A stretch of DNA of 45,423 bases from a virus. The stretch's first letter is position 1; the number at the start of each line of letters is the position of its first letter. Under the pieces are notes generated by a model. That model did not search any database and was not told the origin of the DNA. It saw only the letters and a program-made list of their open reading frames with translations. This document shows, one piece after another, positions 1 through 6,080 of the stretch. The translations under genes were made by a program, and so were the position numbers. The stretch is from positions 1-45,423 of IMG/VR virus record IMGVR_UViG_3300031578_000093; one strand, given 5' to 3'.

Positions 1-127
1 TTCCAACATTATTGCTGCACAGATTAGAATGAATAGAGTGCAATCACAGAACATTCTAAACCAATCATCTACTGTGATTGACATAGCTATATCTACACTA
101 GCTATGATTAATGACAGTGTTAGGAGT
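1..127. repeat. Window-end overlap: exact 127-bp copy of 45297..45423
   Basis: Read base by base: ttccaacattattgctgcacag...atgacagtgttaggagt is identical at both window ends; unique length 45,296 bp. Confidence 0.95.
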
Positions 128-295
128 AGGAGTTGCATTACTTTTCCTTTTCATCCTAAGTTCACAAGCAATATCATTAAGACAAGTTCCAAATCTCCTC
201 TTAAAAAATCCACCACGCCATGTCTTATCTTTAAATGACCTATAATTACCGCGCCTGCCACACTTCTTACATGTTACTCTATAGTCTTTAGGCAT
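98..295 (-). CDS. Small Cys-rich (zinc-ribbon-like) protein, 65 aa
   Basis: ATG ORF in the co-oriented minus-strand gene train; CKKC plus a distal Cys pair; starts 3 nt after the stop of 299..484. Confidence 0.55.
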   Translation of the reverse strand: MPKDYRVTCKKCGRRGNYRSFKDKTWRGGFFKRRFGTCLNDIACELRMKRKSNATPTPNTVINHS

Positions 296-298
296 TAC

Positions 299-484
299 TT
301 ACTCTTCTTTAGCTTCAAAAAACTTAGCATCAGGGCCACAGTAATCATTCATTGTAAATGTTCTAAACTGAAAACACGGTTGGAGTCTTTTAGTGCCAGT
401 CACAGGGTTAGTGTATTCACTTTTAAAACACTTAGGGTAATGTGGCTCACCATTTTCATGCTTACAGTTAATACAGAGTTTCAT
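299..484 (-). CDS. Small Cys-rich protein, 61 aa
   Basis: CINC...PKC...C...C pattern; tightly packed in the minus-strand train. Confidence 0.55.
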   Translation of the reverse strand: MKLCINCKHENGEPHYPKCFKSEYTNPVTGTKRLQPCFQFRTFTMNDYCGPDAKFFEAKEE

Positions 485-486
485 AA

Positions 487-621
487 CTAATTCATCCTAT
501 TCACTGACATAATCAGTTTAGTATCAAGATAAATCTGAATCCATAGCATCATAGCTTCTGTGCTACTATTACATTTATCATGCATTAGCATAGGAATATC
601 TATGATATTAGCATACATCAT
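487..621 (-). CDS. Possible small ORF, 44 aa (hand-translated, below ORF-track cutoff)
   Basis: MMYANIIDIPMLMHDK...; fills a 157-nt gap and stops 2 nt before the next ATG, but SD spacing is poor. Confidence 0.25.
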   Translation of the reverse strand: MMYANIIDIPMLMHDKCNSSTEAMMLWIQIYLDTKLIMSVNRMN

Positions 622-640
622 TCCTGTGACTGTAGCGTGA

Positions 641-823
641 TTAATTATCTTCTTCACCATATTCTACTTCACTTTCGCTAAACAATTCATTACCACATTC
701 TGCACAGTAATCACCTTCCATGACCTCATCACCTGCAAAAATAGGCTCTGAAAAGTGCTGCGCACAGCCAGGACAATAAATTTCACCATCACAAACGTAG
801 CCGATTACATCGTAAGATTTCAT
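641..823 (-). CDS. Small zinc-ribbon protein with acidic C-tail, 60 aa
   Basis: CPGC and CAEC pairs; ESEVEYGEEDN tail. Confidence 0.6.
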   Translation of the reverse strand: MKSYDVIGYVCDGEIYCPGCAQHFSEPIFAGDEVMEGDYCAECGNELFSESEVEYGEEDN

Positions 824-836
824 CTCTTACTCTTTA

Positions 837-1034
837 CTAAATTCCAATATAAACATAGCCGCATGACCTTAATTCTTCCATTTCATAATGAGGCTTTGAA
901 ATATAACCTCCACTATCAAATCCTAACATAGTATGAACATTTTTAATCAAATCATATTCACTATGTCGGTCTGTAATTACCTGATGATTCTGTGGCATCT
1001 CTTGCAATTTTGTGATTAGTTCTTTTACAGTCAT
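837..1034 (-). CDS. Small protein, member of MT(V)KELIxKLQE paralogue family, 65 aa
   Basis: N-terminus MTVKELITKLQEM resembles 45033..45236 (MTVNKLIQKLQEL) and 44204..44395 (MTKKELIKFLEP). Confidence 0.6.
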   Translation of the reverse strand: MTVKELITKLQEMPQNHQVITDRHSEYDLIKNVHTMLGFDSGGYISKPHYEMEELRSCGYVYIGI

Positions 1035-1048
1035 CTCTTACTCCCTAT

Positions 1049-1264
1049 CTAGTCAATATGCCCAACTTCTATTCTTACTTCTCTAATTGAAAAGTTTTCA
1101 GACTTAAACATTTCAATATACTTATCAAACGACCTACTATTTGTTTCTAACCAAGCGTATCTTATATCGCCACCAATTACGCGATAAGGATAACCTCCAC
1201 TGTGCTGGTCTTTACCTACAAAAGCACCATTGGGGTAAACTAGGCAATAATAGTAATATATCAT
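1049..1264 (-). CDS. Hypothetical protein, 71 aa
   Basis: ATG ORF, 14-nt gap to the downstream gene in the train. Confidence 0.5.
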   Translation of the reverse strand: MIYYYYCLVYPNGAFVGKDQHSGGYPYRVIGGDIRYAWLETNSRSFDKYIEMFKSENFSIREVRIEVGHID

Positions 1265-1286
1265 CTCTTACTCCTTTGCGCTACTA

Positions 1287-1532
1287 CTAGTAAGAACCCC
1301 TTGCAATTTTATCTTCAATAATAACTGCTACGGCCTTATCAATTAGTGAACTTATTTCCTTATCTGTAAGTCTTTTAGCAAGATATAGTTCTACTGCTTT
1401 TTCTACTTTACCTCTGTAATTCTCCATTGCTTTTGAAGCAATTTCGCGTGTTACAGCATTTAGTTTCACACTAAACTCTTTAGTTACAGCCTCAATAATT
1501 AGCTTTTCATCCATTTCAATTGTGAATCTCAT
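1287..1532 (-). CDS. Hypothetical helical protein, 81 aa
   Basis: ATG ORF in the gene train; Lys/Glu/Ala-rich. Confidence 0.55.
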   Translation of the reverse strand: MRFTIEMDEKLIIEAVTKEFSVKLNAVTREIASKAMENYRGKVEKAVELYLAKRLTDKEISSLIDKAVAVIIEDKIARGSY

Positions 1533-1553
1533 TGTAGTTTCTCCTTGTGTTTG

Positions 1554-3206
1554 TTATTTGTTTTGTCTTTGTTTGATAATACCTTCACTCAGTCTCTTAA
1601 TAATATCAGACTGATTCCAAGTAATACCTTCATTACTCATAACAGCATTAAACGCAACTCGCTTCTCATTTACTATGTCAGCTAGAATATTATCTACTGT
1701 GCCTTCTGCTGTCATATACGTTGCGGTAACACTATCCGCTGTCTGTCCGATACGAATAAAACGTCCCTCTGCCTGTTCTTCATTAGCAGGGTTCCATTGT
1801 CTCTCATGCACAATACAATCACTACATGACTGTAGATTTAATCCCTCACCCGCTGCTAATGTAGATGCGATTAGAATACGATGCGCGTCGTTAAACTTCT
1901 CTTGTGTATGGAATCGTTCCTCACTATCCATCTCACCAGTAATCTTTAATGGTGCTAACATTCCATTATTTTGTAATTTACACCATTCTACTAGGACTTT
2001 AAATATTGCATCACCAACGTCTTTATGATGCACGAACACTACAATTTTTCTATCAGTTTGGTCTATAAACTCTTGAACAAATTCAATTGTAGCTGGTATT
2101 TTCGCGCGTCCTGTTGCATGTCGCATTTTTGCTAGTGCGGCGAGTATATTGCCGCCTTCTTTAAATGAATCTTCTTCTCCACTAATGACTGCCTGATTAT
2201 ATATCCTTATAAAATCGTTGAGATAAATTTCATATTCTTCCTTGCCATACTTATCCATTTCCACATACTGTAAATGTCTATCAATGAGTGGTAGTTCTGG
2301 CATTACTTCGACGCGCTCCTTACGAATCAATATATCAGATGTAAGTTTTCTAAAATCATCAATACGACGTATTCCACCTTCTTTATACTTAGCTCCATTC
2401 CAATAGTAATCAACCCATTGACTCTTGAATGCAGCGAAGGAATAGAACTTCTCTGGTGCTAGAATATTTAGTGCAACGAAAAATTCACTCCCACGATTTT
2501 TCCAAGGTGTGCCACTCATGGGAATGACATATTCACCACATTCCTTAACTAAGCGCCGCACTTCTTGTGTTCGTGCAGAGTCAGGGTTCTTAATCTGCTG
2601 GCACTCATCTAGAATTAGTGATTTAATACCTACATCATAAAACTTCTGTAAATCGAAACGACGTAGCAGGTCATATGATACAATATAACCTTTAAACATT
2701 GGTAGTAATTCATCTTTAGCAGTTTCAATTATCTGTGGAGCATAGAGTGGACTAATCCATCTTACTATCTCTTTGAAGAACTGAAACTTTAGAGATGATT
2801 TACAAACAATTAGATACTTTAATGCTTCTGGATGGAATTTAAGCCATGCTAATCCAATAATAGTTTTACCTAGTCCTTGCTCATGGAATAGGCCGAATCT
2901 GCCTAAGTTATGTTCTATTGCTCTAGCAGAATCAATCTGATAGGAGAACATCCTATGTTCACTGCACCGAACACAGGTATTCTTATTCCATTCATGCTGA
3001 CAATTCTTAACTTCGTCAATCCATGAATTGCTAACTATAGTCTCATATGGATTTTGCTTAGGTAGAACAGTAGTAATTAAATGCCCACATTCAAGATAAG
3101 AGAATTTAGTCCCATTGAACTCAAAGGATGTTTTCTCTTTTTTAACTTTGCCACACGTAGGGCATTTATCATGTAATGTGGTGATACGGGGAGGAATTTC
3201 TGGCAT
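1554..3206 (-). CDS. SNF2-family helicase with N-terminal zinc ribbon, 550 aa
   Basis: GLGKT (motif I), LILDECQ (DExx, motif II), GEGLNLQ and QAEGRFIRIGQ (motifs V/VI); N-terminal CPTC...C..H. Confidence 0.9.
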   Translation of the reverse strand: MPEIPPRITTLHDKCPTCGKVKKEKTSFEFNGTKFSYLECGHLITTVLPKQNPYETIVSNSWIDEVKNCQHEWNKNTCVRCSEHRMFSYQIDSARAIEHNLGRFGLFHEQGLGKTIIGLAWLKFHPEALKYLIVCKSSLKFQFFKEIVRWISPLYAPQIIETAKDELLPMFKGYIVSYDLLRRFDLQKFYDVGIKSLILDECQQIKNPDSARTQEVRRLVKECGEYVIPMSGTPWKNRGSEFFVALNILAPEKFYSFAAFKSQWVDYYWNGAKYKEGGIRRIDDFRKLTSDILIRKERVEVMPELPLIDRHLQYVEMDKYGKEEYEIYLNDFIRIYNQAVISGEEDSFKEGGNILAALAKMRHATGRAKIPATIEFVQEFIDQTDRKIVVFVHHKDVGDAIFKVLVEWCKLQNNGMLAPLKITGEMDSEERFHTQEKFNDAHRILIASTLAAGEGLNLQSCSDCIVHERQWNPANEEQAEGRFIRIGQTADSVTATYMTAEGTVDNILADIVNEKRVAFNAVMSNEGITWNQSDIIKRLSEGIIKQRQNK

Positions 3207-3213
3207 TACTATG

Positions 3214-3375
3214 TTACCTATAATAACAATAGTTACTTAGAAAGTTTCTATATGCCATAAAATTCAGTGGATTAAAGATGTTAAGTGACCACCATGCACA
3301 GGTAAGGCAAGTTTCATCTAGATAGATGTTAATATAAGATGCGCGCAGTTTCTTACCGCAGATTGAACATCTCAT
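3214..3375 (-). CDS. Small zinc-ribbon protein, 53 aa (hand-translated)
   Basis: MRCSICGKK...CLTC; ATGA overlap with the stop of 3372..3575; AGGTGG SD-like upstream; stops 8 nt before the SNF2 start. Confidence 0.5.
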   Translation of the reverse strand: MRCSICGKKLRASYINIYLDETCLTCAWWSLNIFNPLNFMAYRNFLSNYCYYR

Positions 3376-3575
3376 ACTATTCCACCTACTAGTGGCTCAT
3401 AAATCCAACCTACTACACCATCATAAACCAGTCTAACTCTCTCACCTGTAGCAAGTGAGAAACTAATTTTCCATATTGTTTCGTCATTATCTGCTGCTGC
3501 GATTGCCAGTGCTAAAGTTTCATAGTAGTTAATACCGTGTGATTCGCTGCGCGTCTGAACTTGGAAATTAGTCAT
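3372..3575 (-). CDS. Hypothetical protein, 67 aa
   Basis: ATG ORF in the gene train, 11-nt gap to the upstream gene. Confidence 0.55.
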   Translation of the reverse strand: MTNFQVQTRSESHGINYYETLALAIAAADNDETIWKISFSLATGERVRLVYDGVVGWIYEPLVGGIV

Positions 3576-3586
3576 TGTGTTAATCC

Positions 3587-4330
3587 TTACTTTTTACCGG
3601 CACCCTGTAACATATTAGCTACTTGCTGTTCTGCTAACTTAATAGCTTGCTCTTGACTAATCTTTCCAGCCTCAACAGCCTTAGCATAAATAGCATTATA
3701 AACAGATTGCACTACTTTGTTAGTGCTCGGAATCTTACTACTCTTTTTTGGCTTAATTGGCTCTGGTGACTTATAACGTAGGTCAGATTCCTTGAATTGT
3801 GCTCGCTGTTCTAACTTTAGTTTAACTACAGTTTCATTTAAGAATACCTGATTCGCTTCGGCGCGTGCTACCATGCTAAGACGAGTCGCGCCAAGATGCA
3901 TAATGACAGAACGTAATTTTTCAATGCGCGCTTGCACAGTCTTAGCTAGTGTTAGTTGCTTATCTTCGATGGTATTATCTGATTCAATACGATTCTTAAT
4001 TTCAGCTACAGAGATAGTCTCTGCATTGAAAAATTCTTCTCTAGAACGAAGTGACTCATTAGAATCAATTTCGCGCACCAATTCGGCTACCTTTTTCATG
4101 GTAGCATCTAACTTTTCTTCAGGAGTTAGAATAGCCTGAATAGGCTCGATTGGAGTGATAGTCTTTTCACGGTCAGCACAAGACTTGCACATAAGAATAG
4201 AACCGATTAATTCACAATCGGTATTCTTACCGCAAGACTCGCAATCTGTTATACCGTGCTCTTTTTCTATACGTGAGCAGGTAGCACATTGTAGAGTATC
4301 TAGACGTGATGGCACAAATGAATGATTCAT
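3587..4330 (-). CDS. Zinc-ribbon plus coiled-coil protein, 247 aa from ATG 4330 (longest start is TTG 4360)
   Basis: CATC, CESCGKNTDC and CKSC motifs, then a long Lys/Glu-rich helical region; function not recognised. Confidence 0.7.
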   Translation of the reverse strand: MNHSFVPSRLDTLQCATCSRIEKEHGITDCESCGKNTDCELIGSILMCKSCADREKTITPIEPIQAILTPEEKLDATMKKVAELVREIDSNESLRSREEFFNAETISVAEIKNRIESDNTIEDKQLTLAKTVQARIEKLRSVIMHLGATRLSMVARAEANQVFLNETVVKLKLEQRAQFKESDLRYKSPEPIKPKKSSKIPSTNKVVQSVYNAIYAKAVEAGKISQEQAIKLAEQQVANMLQGAGKK

Positions 4331-4347
4331 TTTGTCTCTTATGGAAT

Positions 4348-4535
4348 GTTGACAACTCAATACTGTGTTCTACCTGCTAGATATATAATCTAACAGTTTC
4401 CCTTGAAGTTAAGTGAGTCATCCAAGGGCGACCGATTATTTCACTACTTTTTTCCAATTTGCTCGGTAGTGTGCTACTTGCTCAGGGTAGCTATTTATCG
4501 GTCCTAATAGTAGAACACAGTATTCAGTTGTCAAG
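4348..4535. repeat. 26-bp inverted repeat (4348..4373 / 4510..4535, 24 of 26 complementary) enclosing nested stems
   Basis: gttgacaactcaatactgtgttctac vs gtagaacacagtattcagttgtcaag. Inner stems: gaccgat 4430..4436 / atcggtc 4497..4503 and cccttg 4400..4405 / caaggg 4423..4428. Confidence 0.85.
4507..4534 (-). promoter_or_regulatory. Candidate sigma70-like promoter TTGACA-N16-TACTAT inside the right arm of the inverted repeat
   Basis: -35 at 4534..4529 and -10 at 4512..4507 on the minus strand; would give a roughly 170-nt structured leader for 3587..4330. Confidence 0.4.
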
Positions 4536-4644
4536 TAACTAGTTTCATCTTAGTATCCAATCTAACATGAGAAACTAGTAAACTATGTTAGAATGGTATG
4601 ATTACTTTTAATACTTAGGCAATCGCATTAGAATCTCCAATCCA

Positions 4645-4672
4645 ATACTAACAGAGTCTAGCAGAATGTCAA
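4645..4672 (-). promoter_or_regulatory. Candidate sigma70-like promoter TTGACA-N16-TAGTAT
   Basis: -35 at 4672..4667 and -10 at 4650..4645 on the minus strand, in the non-coding stretch downstream of the HNH gene. Confidence 0.35.
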
Positions 4673-4680
4673 GTGTTATT

Positions 4681-4812
4681 TTACCACACCCACCAAAGCC
4701 AGTGATAAACATGAGGCTTATGAATAGTCATTATGTTTATCACTCTGTAAGGTATAAGACGAAACCTTCTGAATTTTGCGTATGCTGAACGGACCGGCAT
4801 TCTAATAAGCAT
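4681..4812 (-). CDS. Possible small basic, Trp-rich peptide, 43 aa (hand-translated)
   Basis: MLIRMPVRSAYAKFRRFRLIPYRVINIMTIHKPHVYHWLWWVW; GGGAG SD 8 nt upstream of the ATG; contains a perfect 11-bp hairpin (4702..4743). Confidence 0.25.
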   Translation of the reverse strand: MLIRMPVRSAYAKFRRFRLIPYRVINIMTIHKPHVYHWLWWVW

Positions 4813-4843
4813 ATAGATTACTCCCATACGATGATGTTACGCA

Positions 4844-5278
4844 TTACTTCGTGTAGTCTTTAGTCCTGCTACCCTTACCGAAGAAACATTTTCTACCACG
4901 ACGCATAGCTGATTCCCTATAGCACCGCACCTTCTGTAATGTTTCACCATATGTATACTTGCGTTTGATTAGATTTATCATAATAGTTCCATCATCTATC
5001 AGAACATGCACTAGATGATGGCATCCACTACAAAGCACCATAGTGTTGTTTCTCATCTTCACGCCACCTACACCTTTCGGGTGTATATGGTGACGATGTA
5101 ATAGCTTACTTGCGTGCTTTTCTAGTGGTGTAAATCCACAAACTTCACATCTTAACTTGGCACCTTCGGAGTCCCGCTGCCCCTCCGCTCTAGGCCCGTC
5201 GCCTTCCCGCTCGGAGTCCAATGTCCCGTCCGGCGCTAAGTCGTTGCCTAGACGGTCCTTGGCCCCTTCACTACCCAT
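4844..5278 (-). CDS. HNH endonuclease, 144 aa as longest ORF; catalytic core starts near residue 44
   Basis: CEVCG...HRHHIHP...NN...CSGCHHLVH: two CxxC pairs plus a His-Asn-His core. The N-terminal roughly 43 aa are low complexity and encoded by the left repeat arm. Confidence 0.85.
   Translation of the reverse strand: MGSEGAKDRLGNDLAPDGTLDSEREGDGPRAEGQRDSEGAKLRCEVCGFTPLEKHASKLLHRHHIHPKGVGGVKMRNNTMVLCSGCHHLVHVLIDDGTIMINLIKRKYTYGETLQKVRCYRESAMRRGRKCFFGKGSRTKDYTK
5174..5212 (-). repeat. Left array of 11-bp-phased motifs (CCGCT(C) on plus = GAGCGG on minus)
   Basis: Motif starts at 5174, 5185, 5196 (degenerate ccgtc) and 5207. Confidence 0.85.
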
Positions 5279-5285
5279 ACCCTAT

Positions 5286-5314
5286 AATATACGCCCATGA
5301 GCCCCTCTTGTCAA
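5286..5314 (-). promoter_or_regulatory. Sigma70-type promoter TTGACA-N17-TATATT directed at the HNH gene
   Basis: -35 at 5314..5309 and -10 at 5291..5286 on the minus strand. The -10 ends 7 nt before ATG 5278, which implies a leaderless or near-leaderless mRNA. Confidence 0.6.
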
Positions 5315-5334
5315 GTGTCACCTAGAGAGGACAC
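5315..5334. promoter_or_regulatory. Operator-like quasi-palindrome GTGTCA-N8-GGACAC (copy a)
   Basis: gtgtcacctagagaggacac directly abuts the -35 of the HNH promoter. Confidence 0.55.
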
Positions 5335-5364
5335 CATCCATATTGTTGTATTATGATATATAAT

Positions 5365-5382
5365 AAAAAAAAAAAAAAAAAA
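5365..5382. repeat. A18 homopolymer at the dyad centre of the palindromic element
   Basis: Counted: 18 consecutive A in a very AT-rich core (about 5335..5400). Confidence 0.95.
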
Positions 5383-5413
5383 TAAGAAAGAACGAAACAA
5401 CACACTAAGGGGA

Positions 5414-5433
5414 GTGTCACCTAAATAGGGCAG
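5414..5433. promoter_or_regulatory. Operator-like motif GTGTCA-N8-GGGCAG (copy b, one half-site degenerate)
   Basis: gtgtcacctaaatagggcag; mirrored to copy a about coordinate 5374. Confidence 0.45.
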
Positions 5434-5530
5434 TGGGGTAGGACGATAGGGGTCCATATATAGAGGTATACCTAGTCAAGTTATAAGTCCACTAGAATCA
5501 GTGACTTACGAGCGGACGGCATGTTGGAAC

Positions 5531-5574
5531 GGGAGCGGGAATCGAGCGGGACGGGAGCGGAACCGGAGCGGGAA
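5531..5574 (+). repeat. Right array: four tandem 11-bp units gggagcgggaa / tcgagcgggac / gggagcggaac / cggagcgggaa
   Basis: GAGCGG starts at 5533, 5544, 5555 and 5566 (exact 11-bp phasing); weaker copies at 5510 and 5578. Confidence 0.9.
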
Positions 5575-5587
5575 TGTGACGGGATGA

Positions 5588-5607
5588 ACATCATCTAAAT
5601 AGGACAT
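5588..5607. promoter_or_regulatory. Operator-like motif ACATCA-N8-GGACAT (copy c, degenerate)
   Basis: acatcatctaaataggacat, 30 nt upstream of the -35 at 5638; its centre tctaaata matches the cctaaata of copy b. Confidence 0.4.
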
Positions 5608-5637
5608 TGATTTTTCGACTCCTAAGCGAGAAAAGAC

Positions 5638-5666
5638 TTGACAAATGACCGACCGAAGCCTATACT
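5638..5666 (+). promoter_or_regulatory. Consensus sigma70 promoter TTGACA-N17-TATACT
   Basis: ttgaca 5638..5643, 17-nt spacer, tatact 5661..5666; followed by AGGAG (5693..5697) and ATG 5706. Confidence 0.75.
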
Positions 5667-5705
5667 ATAGACAGTGGTAATTAAGCCACGGAAGGAGTCA
5701 AGCCA

Positions 5706-6080
5706 ATGAAGGTCGAGACTGGCGAAGGAACGATTCGGGCTGGTGACAAGTCGGCCACCGTAAACAAGGAATCTGTTACTTTTCAGGTTCCTAACGACAT
5801 CATCTACAAGTATCAGTGGGATGCTTTGGAAGATGGTGACATCGTTGTCGAGAGTGAGCATGTTAAGGCGGAGGAAGTTCTTAGTGCGGTTAATACCGTG
5901 CGGAAGAATAACGCTCGTCAGAACTCTTACATGTCGGCTCTCGCACCTTACAAGCCTGACACGATGAGTCAGGAAGACCGTATCGAGGTTGCTAAGCGTA
6001 ACCTCTTGCAGGCTAAGGTTCCTGCCGAACTTGTCGAGCAGACCATTTCCGCCATGCGGGCGCAGGTTGCGAGTCTCTAA
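5706..6080 (+). CDS. Hypothetical protein, 124 aa, in a stand-alone plus-strand cassette among minus-strand genes
   Basis: Own consensus promoter, AGGAG SD 8 nt upstream and an intrinsic terminator downstream; the protein is not recognisable by eye. Confidence 0.75.
   Translation: MKVETGEGTIRAGDKSATVNKESVTFQVPNDIIYKYQWDALEDGDIVVESEHVKAEEVLSAVNTVRKNNARQNSYMSALAPYKPDTMSQEDRIEVAKRNLLQAKVPAELVEQTISAMRAQVASL

Larger units (their letters stand above)
5165..5590. repeat. Large imperfect dyad-symmetric element (arms about 5165..5292 and 5450..5590) with its axis at 5372.5
   Basis: Ungapped mirror alignment. For example 5217..5242 against the complement of 5503..5528 gives 19/26 matches, and all motif pairs sum to coordinate 10745. 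Confidence 0.85.

Noticed and set aside
29-238. Plus-strand 69-aa ORF at the left window end
   Set aside because: It is antisense to the continuous minus-strand gene train (98..295 and the junction-spanning 46-aa ORF). It lies partly in the end overlap, has no SD and has Ser/Ile-rich junk-like composition.
1675-2028. Other antisense ORFs in the track (e.g. 1675..2028, 3873..4139, 8394..8624, 8557..8829, 9643..9915, 11199..11477, 11640..11981, 13186..13377, 14150..14440, 20772..20981, 25895..26185, 30471..30773, 30882..31205, 33583..33843, 35447..35707, 37466..37669, 40474..40671, 41575..41757, 44473..44682)
   Set aside because: Each lies fully inside a longer, better-supported gene on the opposite strand or in another frame. 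None has start signals or recognisable motifs.
5165-5590. Hairpin-telomere (protelomerase) site, CRISPR-like array or ToxI-like RNA repeat as explanations for the repeat element
   Set aside because: The centre (A18) is not self-complementary and no protelomerase is present. The 11-bp units have no spacers. They are far shorter than the ToxI-type repeats as I recall them (about 36 nt), and no adjacent toxin is evident.
4340-5600. Group I intron carrying the HNH gene as a homing endonuclease
   Set aside because: The flanks do not form a split gene. To the right is a plus-strand cassette and the repeat element. To the left is a separate gene with its own start. I could not trace P3-P9-type conserved pairings. 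This is not fully excluded without a covariance-model scan.
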